A stretch of 31,758 nucleotides of DNA from a virus (lineage: Duplodnaviria; Caudoviricetes). The stretch covers positions 1 to 31,758 of IMG/VR virus record IMGVR_UViG_3300012971_000057; one strand, 5' to 3'. This document shows, one piece after another, positions 1-8,915 of the stretch. The stretch's first letter is position 1. Every line of letters starts with the position of its first letter. The notes under the pieces are model-generated. The model did no database searches, was not told the origin of the DNA, and saw only the letters and a program-made list of their open reading frames with translations. Position numbers and translations under genes: made by a program.

Positions 1-2
1 AT

Positions 3-89
3 CTGGTGCTGCTGGAGAGCGCGCAGACCGTCCACGACGACGACCGCCGCTTTGTTCACGAGCTGACGGCTGGGCGCAATGGTAACTAG
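3..89 (+). CDS. 3' end of upstream gene, probably terminase small subunit (partial; LVLLESAQTVHDDDRRFVHELTAGRNGN*)
   Basis: Open frame from the window edge to TAG at 87-89, overlapping the TerL start; identity is from position only. Confidence 0.5.
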   Translation: MVLLESAQTVHDDDRRFVHELTAGRNGN

Positions 90-1545
90 CCCTGCTGCCC
101 TGCCCGCCGGTACCTCCGCAGCCGCCATGCGGTACCTGTTCCCGGAGCCTGCTCCCTACCTCGACAACGCCGCCGACTGGGTGCGCGACGTTCTGCGCGA
201 GGATGTATGGTCGAAGCAGGAGGAGATTTGCAACTCCGTCGTGACCAACCGTTACACCGCTGTGAAGGCTTGCCACGGCCCAGGCAAGTCGTTCATCGCG
301 GCCAGGATCGGCTGCTGGTGGCTGAACGTGCACAAGTTGGGGGATGCGTTTTTGGTCACTACCGCGCCGTCCTGGCCGCAGGTGCAGGCGATTCTCTGGC
401 GTGAGATTCGGAGGGCGTGGCGGATTGGCAAGCTTCCCGGGCGAATCACTCTGGAGTGCCAGTGGTACATGGGCGAAGGTCGGAGTGATGAGGAGCTAAT
501 CGCCATGGGCCGCAAGCCCGCCGACTATAACGAGCAAGCCTTCCAGGGCCTTCATGCGCGTTATATCCTGATTGTGATTGACGAAGCTTGCGGGGTTCCC
601 GAGACGCTCTGGACTGCCGTTATGACTCTCATGACGAACCAGAACGCTCGCGTGCTAGCCATCGGCAACCCGGACGATCCTGGCTCGCACTTTGCGCAGA
701 TCTGCAAACCAGGGAGCGGTTGGAACGTGATCTCCATCCCGGCGTTCGATACTCCAAACTTCACAGGTGAGCCCGTGACCCCTCTCATGGCCGAAAACCT
801 AGTGACCCCGATGTGGGTGGAGGATCGACGCCGTGACTGGGGCGAGGGCAGTCCACTCTGGCAGGCGAAGGTGCTGGCTGAGTTCCCGGACGTCAGCGAC
901 GAGTATCTGATCTCGCCCGCGATGATCCAGAAGGGACTGGACACCGAGCTGGCCGGATTCGCCAAGGGCCGCTACGGAGTAGACGTCAGCCGCTTTGGCG
1001 AGGACAAGACTGTGGTCTACCGGAATCGCGGCGGCGTCATCCGCCTGGTAGACTCCTGGGGAATGACCGACACGATGCAGACGACCGGCAAGCTGAAGCT
1101 ACAGATGGACAACCATCATCACCTGCAGCGGCCGGATCTCGTCATCGATGTGGTCGGACTTGGGGCGGGCGTGTTCGACCGGCTGCGTGAAATGGGATAC
1201 CCAGTCGTCCCCTTCTCTGGAGCCGAGCGCGCGTACCGCCCCGACAAGTTCAAGAACCGACGCGCGGAAATTTATTGGACGTTCCGCAATGACCTAGAGA
1301 TTGGCAACATCGACCTCGATCCGGACGACACCGAGCTACAGTCGCAGTTGCAGAACATCAAGTGGTGGGTGGATAGCTCCGGGCGCATTCAGATCGAGTC
1401 GAAGGAAGACATGAAGGAGCGCGGCATCAAATCTCCCGATCTCGCAGACGCCTGCGTGTACTCGACCGTGCACAGCGCGCCTTGGGTGGTGCAGCCGACG
1501 GCCGAGCCGACTTTGGCTACTGACCTTCTCACAAAGGCGATGTAA
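79..1545 (+). CDS. terL: Terminase large subunit
   Basis: Walker A ACHGPGKS, Walker B IVIDEA, coupling motif IGNP, RNase H-like nuclease motifs GVDVSRFGED and SPDLADA. Confidence 0.95.
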   Translation: MVTSPAALPAGTSAAAMRYLFPEPAPYLDNAADWVRDVLREDVWSKQEEICNSVVTNRYTAVKACHGPGKSFIAARIGCWWLNVHKLGDAFLVTTAPSWPQVQAILWREIRRAWRIGKLPGRITLECQWYMGEGRSDEELIAMGRKPADYNEQAFQGLHARYILIVIDEACGVPETLWTAVMTLMTNQNARVLAIGNPDDPGSHFAQICKPGSGWNVISIPAFDTPNFTGEPVTPLMAENLVTPMWVEDRRRDWGEGSPLWQAKVLAEFPDVSDEYLISPAMIQKGLDTELAGFAKGRYGVDVSRFGEDKTVVYRNRGGVIRLVDSWGMTDTMQTTGKLKLQMDNHHHLQRPDLVIDVVGLGAGVFDRLREMGYPVVPFSGAERAYRPDKFKNRRAEIYWTFRNDLEIGNIDLDPDDTELQSQLQNIKWWVDSSGRIQIESKEDMKERGIKSPDLADACVYSTVHSAPWVVQPTAEPTLATDLLTKAM

Positions 1546-2490
1546 ATGAGTTCAGTAGAGCCGCAAGCGATCAACGACGACTGGTGGGAGTCAGCCTATC
1601 CGGGCGGGCCGATGGTGAACGTCCTTGGCTTCCCGAGACCGCTGTACCCGCCGGACGCCAGCAAGTACGGCAAGACACCCAGCACGAACGGCCCCGATGT
1701 CGAGGCATACAAGCGGACGATCTCGCGAGCGGGCCGCTGGCCCTGGCAGACGTTCGACCAGGCCTACTCCAACAGCTTCGCTCACGGCTCGGGCAGCAAC
1801 GTGAAGGACACCGGTGTTGCCGGCGTGCAGCGCCAGATGGACATCGACGACAGCGGCTGGATCGGCAAGGCGACATTCAACACCTTGCGCTCGATCCGGA
1901 TTCCGGTCGGCCTACCGAACGCGGGCCAGATGGCGATGGACGACACCGCCGTCAAGCTGATCAACCAGGCCTGGAAGAAGTTTGGAGGGAACGAGCCGGA
2001 CATCACGACCGGAACGCTACGCCAGGCAGCTCTGAAGATGGCCATCACGCAGATCGGCGTCGAGGAGTCACCGCCGAACTCCAACCGCACGAAGTACACC
2101 GACTGGTACGGGATGGTCGGCCCCTGGTGTGCGATGTTCTGCTCCTGGTGCTACGAGATGAACAACGTCGGCCAGTCTCCGAGCTTCAAGAAGGGTGCAA
2201 ACTACGCCTACGTGCCGTACATCGTCGGCGATGCGCGCAACAAGCGGAACGGGCTGCAGACGACGGACGACCCGATCCCCGGCGACCTGGTTTGCTTCGA
2301 CTGGGAGAATGACACCGTCTTTGATCACGTCGGTCTGTTCGAGAAGTGGCTGGTAGGCGCGGGTGACTTCCAGACCATCGAGGGGAACACGAGCTACAGC
2401 AACAACAGTAACGGCGGTCAAGTCATGCGGCGGCAGCGGAACAAGGTGCAAACCCGTTGCGTATTCGTCAGAGTGAAGGAGCCAGCATGA
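1546..2490 (+). CDS. Endolysin-like protein: N-terminal peptidoglycan-binding domain plus C-terminal CHAP amidase/peptidase
   Basis: PGBD-like GPDVEAYKR...VAGVQRQMDIDDSGWIGKATFNTL; CHAP motifs PWCAMFCSW, DHVGLF, TIEGNT. Confidence 0.85.
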   Translation: MSSVEPQAINDDWWESAYPGGPMVNVLGFPRPLYPPDASKYGKTPSTNGPDVEAYKRTISRAGRWPWQTFDQAYSNSFAHGSGSNVKDTGVAGVQRQMDIDDSGWIGKATFNTLRSIRIPVGLPNAGQMAMDDTAVKLINQAWKKFGGNEPDITTGTLRQAALKMAITQIGVEESPPNSNRTKYTDWYGMVGPWCAMFCSWCYEMNNVGQSPSFKKGANYAYVPYIVGDARNKRNGLQTTDDPIPGDLVCFDWENDTVFDHVGLFEKWLVGAGDFQTIEGNTSYSNNSNGGQVMRRQRNKVQTRCVFVRVKEPA

Positions 2491-2567
2491 AAGTTCTAAC
2501 GACAACCGAGATCGCGGTCGTCGCCATCGCACTCATCCTACTCATCCAGCTGATCCATACCTGGTAG
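2487..2567 (+). CDS. 26-aa single-TM peptide (MKVLTTTEIAVVAIALILLIQLIHTW), not in the ORF track
   Basis: Exactly fills the gap: ATGA overlap with the lysin stop, TAGTG overlap with the portal start, GAAGGAG RBS upstream, one hydrophobic stretch. Confidence 0.7.
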   Translation: MKVLTTTEIAVVAIALILLIQLIHTW

Positions 2568-3997
2568 TGGCTCGCTCGCGTACAACGGTTCAGGTCACCG
2601 GCTCTAAGCCGCCGATCAACGAGATTGGGGCCGTCCTCAACGGCAACTTCTCCCCAGCCGGGATGGCCCCATGGACTGCCTGGGTCGATATGGAAGAGAC
2701 AGTCCCGGAGCTGAAGTGGCCCAACTCGGTTCGCACATACCAGACCATGCGGAACGACTCGCAGATTGCTGCGCTCTACAACGCGACGATTCTCGCACTT
2801 GGGAAGATGCAGTGGATCATCGACCCGAACGGCTCGGACGACAAGTTGGTGCAGAAGCTCAGTACGGACTACAACCTCAACATTCTCGGGGAGTCTGCGG
2901 ACAACATCAAGCGTGGCCGCATGAAGCGCCGGTTCTCCTTCCGCGACCATCTGCGGAAGGCGTTCAAGGCTGGCATCTATGGCCACTACTACTTCGAGCA
3001 GGTTGGTTACATAGGCGACGGTAATCAAGGTCGGCCGTCGGATGGCTTGTGGCACTTGCGGAAGCTCGCGGAGCGGCCTCCGTCCACGATCCAGGAGTTC
3101 AAGGTTGCGGACGACGGTGGTCTCGTCTCAATCACCCAAAACGTTCTCAACCCGACCAGTAGCTCCTGGCAGCAGCCAGTTCCCGAGATCCCGATTGACG
3201 TGCTCGTCGGCTACGTCTGGGATCAGGAGGGCGCAAACTGGGCGGGCAAGTCGTGGTTCCGCGAGTGCTACAAGAACTACGTGATCAAGGATCGCCTGTT
3301 GCGGATCGACGCTGTCAACCACGAGCGCGCGGGCGGCGTGCCGTACATCGAGGCTCATCCGGGTGCGACGCAGGACGAGATCAACTCCCTCAATCAGATG
3401 GCGCAGAAGTTCCGGGTGGGCGATACGGCAGGCGGTGCTGTCCCGTCCGGCGCGAAGTTCAACATCGCTCGCGGTCTCCAAAGCTCGGTCATCGAATCGG
3501 TGATCTATCACGACGAGGCGATGGCCCGTAAGTTCATGCTCATGGTTCTCCAGCTCGGCCAGACGCGCACCGGATCCCGCGCGCTCGGGTCTACATTCGT
3601 AGACTTCTGGAGCGCAGGTATGGAGGCGATTGCCTGGTGGTTCTGCGATACATTCAACGAACACGTCCTTGAGGATGACATCGACTGGAACTGGGGCGAA
3701 GACGTGACGCAGGTTCCGCTGCTCGTCTTCGACTTCGATCCAGAGCTGGTTGTTGACGACCTTGTGAAGCTCATTACTTCGGGGGCCATCATCGTGGACG
3801 ATGAGCTGGAGAACGAGCTACGCAAGGAGCTGAGGATGCCTCCTGCTCAGTACCATCATGAGGATCCGAACGTCATTCGCCAGCAGCAGATGGACGCGCA
3901 AGCCCAGGCGCTCCAGATGCGGTCAGGGTCTTCCTCGACAGGTGCGCCACCTTCTGGGGGTAAGCCGCAGCCGCCGGGGAAGGGTAAGGCGCAATGA
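2567..3997 (+). CDS. Portal protein (Mu gp29/DUF935-like)
   Basis: Size and position; motifs YQTMRNDSQI, GIYGHYYFEQV, ERAGGVP, GSRALGSTF; Q/P/G-rich tail. Confidence 0.9.
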   Translation: MARSRTTVQVTGSKPPINEIGAVLNGNFSPAGMAPWTAWVDMEETVPELKWPNSVRTYQTMRNDSQIAALYNATILALGKMQWIIDPNGSDDKLVQKLSTDYNLNILGESADNIKRGRMKRRFSFRDHLRKAFKAGIYGHYYFEQVGYIGDGNQGRPSDGLWHLRKLAERPPSTIQEFKVADDGGLVSITQNVLNPTSSSWQQPVPEIPIDVLVGYVWDQEGANWAGKSWFRECYKNYVIKDRLLRIDAVNHERAGGVPYIEAHPGATQDEINSLNQMAQKFRVGDTAGGAVPSGAKFNIARGLQSSVIESVIYHDEAMARKFMLMVLQLGQTRTGSRALGSTFVDFWSAGMEAIAWWFCDTFNEHVLEDDIDWNWGEDVTQVPLLVFDFDPELVVDDLVKLITSGAIIVDDELENELRKELRMPPAQYHHEDPNVIRQQQMDAQAQALQMRSGSSSTGAPPSGGKPQPPGKGKAQ

Positions 3998-4050
3998 CGG
4001 CGGCGACCAAAAGCCGTGGCTCCCTCCCGGTGGAGGTCGCCGCCGCTCAT
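3994..4050 (+). terminator. GC-rich stem-loop after the portal (terminator, processing site or translational switch)
   Basis: Perfect 11-bp inverted repeat CGGCGGCGACC (3998-4008) / GGTCGCCGCCG (4035-4045), extendable by ATGA/TCAT over a 1-nt bulge; no U-tract. Confidence 0.55.
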
Positions 4051-4066
4051 ACAAAGGAGGTCAGAA

Positions 4067-4288
4067 GTGGCAAGGGGTAAGTCGAAGGGCACAGCGAACA
4101 ACCCTGGGTTCGCTCCGCGTGCCCCCAAGGGTCAGAAGTCCGGCCAGGTCGGCGCTCCCAGTAGCTCCGGCATGAACGTCGGCGGTGTGACCGACGCGAC
4201 GGCTCGGGCGAACGTTGCGACGCAGAGCGTCATGCTCAGCAGGCAGCTCAAGAAGAACAAGAGCATCGGGATGAGGCCACCGAGGTAG
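4067..4288 (+). CDS. Small basic, low-complexity protein (73 aa, MARGKSKG...)
   Basis: AAAGGAGG RBS 6 nt before GTG at 4067, in frame with track ORF 4016..4288. Confidence 0.7.
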   Translation: MARGKSKGTANNPGFAPRAPKGQKSGQVGAPSSSGMNVGGVTDATARANVATQSVMLSRQLKKNKSIGMRPPR

Positions 4289-4289
4289 G

Positions 4290-4421
4290 ATGCCGGCCAA
4301 GTCGCAAAAGCAGCGTGGCTGGGTCTACGCGAACAAAGGCCCTGCTTGGGCCAAGCGGCATCATTTCGACAACAAGGGAAAGCTCCCTACTCGCGTCAAG
4401 GTGAAGAAGGGCAAGAAGTGA
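4290..4421 (+). CDS. 43-aa Lys-rich protein (MPAKSQKQRGWVYANKGPAWAKRHHFDNKGKLPTRVKVKKGKK), not in the ORF track
   Basis: Fills the gap; GAGG upstream; GTGA overlap with the protease start; MPAKS-x-KQ N-terminus resembles small phage head-region proteins. Confidence 0.7.
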   Translation: MPAKSQKQRGWVYANKGPAWAKRHHFDNKGKLPTRVKVKKGKK

Positions 4422-5884
4422 AGATCAGGCGTTCAATCAAGGCTTCGGGGATCGGTACTCCGGTCAAGGGCGACGACGGCCTTTGGCGGGTTGACGACGT
4501 ACCGATCTGCTCGACCGGGATCGAGTACAAGCTGTCCTCTGGGCCGCACACGTTCACCGAGAACGAGCTAGCGGATGCCGTCAAGGCGACCACGAGCGGC
4601 GACGTAGCGATCAACCCGCCGCGTCTCAAGCTCGGTCACAAGTCGGAGGCCAACAACCTCTTCCTCGGTGAAGACGAGCCTGCTTTTGGTCGCGTCGAGG
4701 GCATGTATCTGAGCGACAATAAGCAGACGATCCTCGGCAGCTACGTCGGCGTGCCCGAATGGTTGGCCAAGGTCTTGCCGGTCGCGTACCCCAGCCGCTC
4801 CGTAGATGCGCAGATCGGCGCGGAGACGGCGACTGGCAAGAAGTACGAGATGGTGATCACCGACGTGTCTCTGCTCGGCGTGCGGTGGCCGGGTTGCTCG
4901 ACGCTGGAGGATCTACCACTCTGGTACGGTAGCGAGACGCCCGCTGCGGCCGAGATCGCAGCGGCGCTCGACACCAAGCAGATCCGCTCAAGGTTCTACG
5001 AGGACGGGCCTGGCAAAGACAACTTCTTCTGCTGGATCCGAGGCGAGCGGTTCGACACGGAAGACGGTCTGACCCTCATCGTGGATGATGGCGGCGGCGA
5101 AATCAGCCGCGTGCCCGTCACAGTCGATGGCGATGAGGTTGAGTTCGGAGAGCCTGTTCCTGTCATAGAACAGTTCACCGACAAGGTGGCGGCTGCCGAG
5201 GCGGTCATCGCCGGGATGAGGATGGCGGATCCGGCCATGCTCGTCTATGCATCTCGGGCGGACACCGCGCCCGACAAATCAACCCAGGAAGGAGAGGCTA
5301 TGGACGACGAGCTTCGTCTGAGTCTCGCCAAGCGTCTGGGTCTGCCCGAGGATGCGACCGAGGAGCAGATCCGCACGGAGCTGGCCAAGCCGGTGGGTGA
5401 GACCACCGAGGAGGGCGGCAATGGCGAAGAGGGTGGCGAAGGAAATGGTGAGGGCGAAGGCGAGGGTGAAGGCGAGGGTGCTGGCACTCCGACCGCCGAG
5501 ACCGTCACCATGGATCGCGCGACCTTCGAGCAGCTCAAGGCTGGCGCTGCGCTCGCAACCAAGCACGAGGGCGAGCGGCAGAGCGAGCGCGTCAAGAACA
5601 CCGTCGAAGCAGCGGTGATGGACGGACGGATCCCGCCCGCTCGCCGCGAGCACTGGACAAAGGCGCTCAACGCCGACTTCGACGGTGCCAAGATCGTTCT
5701 CGACGGTCTGGAGAAGGGGCTGGTGCCGGTCACCATTCGTGGCTCGGTCGGCACCGGTGAAGAGGAGGGTGCCGGTGAGGGCGACCAGAACCAGGGTCTG
5801 CCCGAAGACTGGTTCCCGGAGATCAAGACCATTCGCGCTCAGGCGGCGTCGGGTCGCCGGATCGTGAACGCCAAGGAGGGCTGA
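4418..5884 (+). CDS. Prohead protease-scaffold (Mu gpI-like)
   Basis: GTG at 4418 coupled to the upstream stop (preferred over TTG 4346); LKLGH and YPSRSV putative catalytic His/Ser motifs; C-terminal scaffold with AAVMDGRIPPARREHW. Confidence 0.85.
   Translation: MKIRRSIKASGIGTPVKGDDGLWRVDDVPICSTGIEYKLSSGPHTFTENELADAVKATTSGDVAINPPRLKLGHKSEANNLFLGEDEPAFGRVEGMYLSDNKQTILGSYVGVPEWLAKVLPVAYPSRSVDAQIGAETATGKKYEMVITDVSLLGVRWPGCSTLEDLPLWYGSETPAAAEIAAALDTKQIRSRFYEDGPGKDNFFCWIRGERFDTEDGLTLIVDDGGGEISRVPVTVDGDEVEFGEPVPVIEQFTDKVAAAEAVIAGMRMADPAMLVYASRADTAPDKSTQEGEAMDDELRLSLAKRLGLPEDATEEQIRTELAKPVGETTEEGGNGEEGGEGNGEGEGEGEGEGAGTPTAETVTMDRATFEQLKAGAALATKHEGERQSERVKNTVEAAVMDGRIPPARREHWTKALNADFDGAKIVLDGLEKGLVPVTIRGSVGTGEEEGAGEGDQNQGLPEDWFPEIKTIRAQAASGRRIVNAKEG
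5300..5884 (+). CDS. Nested in-frame scaffold protein (194 aa, MDDELRLSLAKRLGLPEDATEEQIR...)
   Basis: Internal AGGAAGGAG RBS before in-frame ATG 5300; LGLPEDAT motif typical of Mu-like scaffold N-termini. Confidence 0.7.
   Translation: MDDELRLSLAKRLGLPEDATEEQIRTELAKPVGETTEEGGNGEEGGEGNGEGEGEGEGEGAGTPTAETVTMDRATFEQLKAGAALATKHEGERQSERVKNTVEAAVMDGRIPPARREHWTKALNADFDGAKIVLDGLEKGLVPVTIRGSVGTGEEEGAGEGDQNQGLPEDWFPEIKTIRAQAASGRRIVNAKEG
5411..5484 (+). repeat. Gly-Glu low-complexity linker (EGGNGEEGGEGNGEGEGEGEGEGAG)
   Basis: Degenerate GAGGGC/GAAGGC/GAGGGT hexamer repeats. Confidence 0.8.
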
Positions 5885-5885
5885 G

Positions 5886-6332
5886 ATGGCAAACGATCTC
5901 ATCCCGTTCAAGCGACCCGGCGAAGATGTCACCGGCTACGCAACCGCCGCGATCACCGGGTGCCAGTGCGTCCAGATCTCGGCGGCCAAGCCCGCCGGTG
6001 AGAAGGCGGACGCCACGTATCTGACCGGCACGGCGACGGGTGGAGGCGGCACGTACCGCGTTTCGCATCCGTCGGGTGCGGGCGCGAATGGCGGTGCCGC
6101 CAAGCAGATCTTCGGCGTGGCGAAGTACGACGCAGCAATCAGCACTCTCGTCGGCATCGTCCGCGAGGGGATCGTCCCGATCAAGACCAGCGGTGCAATC
6201 ACCGCTGGAGCGGGTGTCCAGGTCGCAGCAGACGGAACCGTGGTCGCCGTTTCCACCGGCGTCCAGATCGGGGTCGCCTGCGACGACGCAGCCAGCGGCG
6301 CGCTCTGCGAAGTCGCGCTCCAGATCAGCTAG
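5886..6332 (+). CDS. Capsid decoration/cement protein (DUF2190-like)
   Basis: Between scaffold and MCP; small and Ala/Gly-rich with FGVAKYDAA, GAITAGAGV, IGVA motifs; AAGGAGG RBS. Confidence 0.8.
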   Translation: MANDLIPFKRPGEDVTGYATAAITGCQCVQISAAKPAGEKADATYLTGTATGGGGTYRVSHPSGAGANGGAAKQIFGVAKYDAAISTLVGIVREGIVPIKTSGAITAGAGVQVAADGTVVAVSTGVQIGVACDDAASGALCEVALQIS

Positions 6333-6346
6333 AGAGGAGGGTAGAC

Positions 6347-7336
6347 ATGAAGAGCAGAGTGATCTTGGACTCAGACATCGTCTGGGTTCCTGGTCAGCCG
6401 GGGATCGTACGCGCTCGCGAGGCAATCGAGGCGCAGACGTATCCCAACCCGGTCGCCCATCCTCTCGGCCCGCCCACCGTGTCGGGTACGACGATGACGG
6501 TCGATCTGGCGTTGCAGACGCCGACGCGAATCACGCGAACGTTGATGGATCTCACGCTTCAGAGATTCTTCGCGGATCGCGTGTTCACGTCGAGCGGCGG
6601 CGTCAGCGGCGGTGCGGTCGTGTACGACGACCTGCAGGCCAACGATCTCTACTCCGACCGCGACATCCAGAGGGTCGCACCGGGTGATGAGTTCCCGCTC
6701 GTGACCAGCTCACGGCGCGTGCCGAAGGTTGCCTCGGTCGAGAAGTGGGGAGCGAAGTTCTTCACCACGGTGGAGGCTCGCGACCGCAACGACATCGCGG
6801 TGTTCACGCGGAACGTCCGGATGCTGGCGAACACCATCGTCCGGAAGATCAACCAGCGCGCCGTCGAGGTTCTGGAGGCTGCGGTGCAGACCTCTCCGAA
6901 CCGGCTCGTCACCGGCGTCAACTGGAGCACCGTCGTCACGGCGGGTGCGTCGGCCAGCAACTCGAACCTCTGGCCTGCGTACGACTTTGCTCGCGCCCAG
7001 GCGCAGGCAGAGACGGAGGAGCTGGGGATCGTCTACGACCTCTGGATCCTCAACCCGCAGGAGTACCTGCAGCTGGCGCGGATCTATGGCCCGCAGCTCA
7101 ATGACCTTCTGGCGAGCATGGGTCTGTCGATCTTCGTCACGAACCGGATGCCGGCCGGCAACGCCTACGTGCTCCAGGAGGGTCAGACGGGGCAGATGCG
7201 GGTCGAGCAGCCGCTGCAGACCAACCAGTGGTACGAGCAGGAGACCGAGCGGTACTGGACGCAGAGCAGCGTTCGGCCGCTCATGTTCGTGGACAACCGC
7301 TTCGCAGTCCTGAAGTTCACAAACCTGGCCGGGTGA
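6347..7336 (+). CDS. Major capsid protein (HK97 fold)
   Basis: 329 aa after the decoration gene; strong codon bias; GAGGAGG RBS; VAPGDEFP, VEKWGAKF, WILNP motifs. Confidence 0.88.
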   Translation: MKSRVILDSDIVWVPGQPGIVRAREAIEAQTYPNPVAHPLGPPTVSGTTMTVDLALQTPTRITRTLMDLTLQRFFADRVFTSSGGVSGGAVVYDDLQANDLYSDRDIQRVAPGDEFPLVTSSRRVPKVASVEKWGAKFFTTVEARDRNDIAVFTRNVRMLANTIVRKINQRAVEVLEAAVQTSPNRLVTGVNWSTVVTAGASASNSNLWPAYDFARAQAQAETEELGIVYDLWILNPQEYLQLARIYGPQLNDLLASMGLSIFVTNRMPAGNAYVLQEGQTGQMRVEQPLQTNQWYEQETERYWTQSSVRPLMFVDNRFAVLKFTNLAG

Positions 7337-7345
7337 GGAGGGATC

Positions 7346-7861
7346 ATGGCAGAGCTTCATGGCGCAGATCCGAACACCGTGGCCACGGAGGGCTACGAGG
7401 TTCCAGAGGAGTACAGCGGTCAGGGCGATTCAAGGATCGTCCGTGCCCTGAGCTTCCTCTACACCGTCGCGGTGCAAGACCCGACGGGCATGACGGTGAT
7501 CGAGCCGCGCGAGGCCAAGTCCGGCGACGAAGTCACGCTCGATCAGATCGGCCTCATCGCCCAGATGAAGGGCGAGTCGTCCCACGCCTTCTACACCGAT
7601 GAGGAGCGTGAGAAGTTGGAGGCCGGTCAAAACCCTGACGAGCCGCCCTCGCCCGAAGGTGGCGGCGACCTCAGCTCGATGGGCGAGTACGAGCTGGCGG
7701 AGTACATCAAGGCCAACAATCTGACGGTGAACGAGACGGTCGCGCTCGCAGCGGGCGACAAGGATCTCGCTCATCGTCTCTTGCAGGCCGAGAACATCGC
7801 AACCGACGGTGAGCCTCGGAAGGGCGTCGAGGCTGGCCTGACGTCGATCATCGAGGGATAG
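7346..7861 (+). CDS. Acidic hypothetical protein, head-associated (C-terminal helical LTVNETV...EPRKGV motif)
   Basis: GAGGAGG RBS, codon bias, position after MCP. Confidence 0.7.
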   Translation: MAELHGADPNTVATEGYEVPEEYSGQGDSRIVRALSFLYTVAVQDPTGMTVIEPREAKSGDEVTLDQIGLIAQMKGESSHAFYTDEEREKLEAGQNPDEPPSPEGGGDLSSMGEYELAEYIKANNLTVNETVALAAGDKDLAHRLLQAENIATDGEPRKGVEAGLTSIIEG

Positions 7862-7864
7862 GTC

Positions 7865-8284
7865 ATGGCCGAGTACAAGGCTCTGACATTCATAACTCTA
7901 CCGTTCTTGGACGGTGGAGCCGGTCGTCTGTTTGCCCCTGGCGACATGATTCCTGAAAGCGATTTCGAGGAATCAATCGAGCTGGGCGAATCGGCCATCG
8001 GTGAATCGGAGTGGGACGGCCAAGCGACGGCCGCTTCGATGATCTCGGATCTGATCGACGGCGGATCGCTGTCGGAGGATCCCGACGCGGAGCTGCACCC
8101 GGCGCACCGTCCTGTTGTACCCGGCGCTCCCACGGTAGCGGGACTAGTCGAACAGGCGAAGATCCTCGTCGCTGAAATGAAGGAGAGCGGCGAGGAGATC
8201 CCCGAGGAGCTTCAAGCCTTGGCGGATTCCCGCGAGCTGATCAACGGCGACGACGCGGCATCAGGGGGTGATGCGAGTGCATGA
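7865..8284 (+). CDS. Acidic hypothetical protein
   Basis: GAGGG RBS, codon bias, contiguous with neighbours. Confidence 0.7.
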   Translation: MAEYKALTFITLPFLDGGAGRLFAPGDMIPESDFEESIELGESAIGESEWDGQATAASMISDLIDGGSLSEDPDAELHPAHRPVVPGAPTVAGLVEQAKILVAEMKESGEEIPEELQALADSRELINGDDAASGGDASA

Positions 8285-8915
8285 GACTCTCTGGATCTGC
8301 GAGAAGTGGAGCGAGGAGGCATGTGACTTCGCTCGGCGCAAGCTGGAGCGGAACGGCATCAGTCACGTCCTTGGCTCCCTGGAGGAGAAGGCCGGAGTGA
8401 TCCGGCCTTCACTCCTACCGATCAAGCACGGGATCAGCTCGCAGGTTCTTCGCCAACTCGTCGGCCCAGCCGAGGAGTGCGTCGAGATCGTTGGCAACCT
8501 TCTGCTCAACGAAGGGATCCAGCGACTTCAGGACATGACCATGATCGCTACGCCTCTGAGCAATCAGGTGGCGGGCAACCCGTGGTCGAACGCCAACGCC
8601 TTCACCGGCGTCGGTGACAGCAACACCGCAGAGGCGGCGACGCAGGCAGAGCTGCAAGCTGCGACCAACCGCTTCTACAAGGCGATGAACGCGACATACC
8701 CGTCGCGCTCGTCTCAGACGGTCTCCTTCCAGTCGGACTTCACGAATGCGGAGGCGAACTATGTCTGGGCCGAGTGGACTGTTGCGGCGGGTGCAACGAC
8801 GGCGTCAGGAGCTGGCTTCACGACGGGCACGACGAACCTGAACCGCAAGGTCGCTGCGCTCGGCACGAAGTCGTCTGGGACATGGACGCTGACAAGTCAG
8901 ATCACTCTCTCCTGA
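8268..8915 (+). CDS. Virion structural beta-rich protein (candidate filament subunit; start 8268 or 8271)
   Basis: Motif chain NLLLNEG...GVGDSNTA...ANYVWAEW...LNRKV...KSSGTWTLTSQITLS resembling fibre-base/adaptor domains. Confidence 0.6.
   Translation: MMRVHETLWICEKWSEEACDFARRKLERNGISHVLGSLEEKAGVIRPSLLPIKHGISSQVLRQLVGPAEECVEIVGNLLLNEGIQRLQDMTMIATPLSNQVAGNPWSNANAFTGVGDSNTAEAATQAELQAATNRFYKAMNATYPSRSSQTVSFQSDFTNAEANYVWAEWTVAAGATTASGAGFTTGTTNLNRKVAALGTKSSGTWTLTSQITLS

Noticed and set aside
1543-1548. TerL-lysin readthrough fusion (TAA ATG in frame)
   Set aside because: TAA is an efficient stop, an AAGG RBS-like sequence precedes the ATG, and the fusion has no functional rationale
4346-4417. 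Track start of the protease at TTG 4346 (likewise 4016, 26573 and 31744 for other genes)
   Set aside because: Better starts with RBS or stop-start coupling lie downstream (4418, 4067, 26789, 31657)
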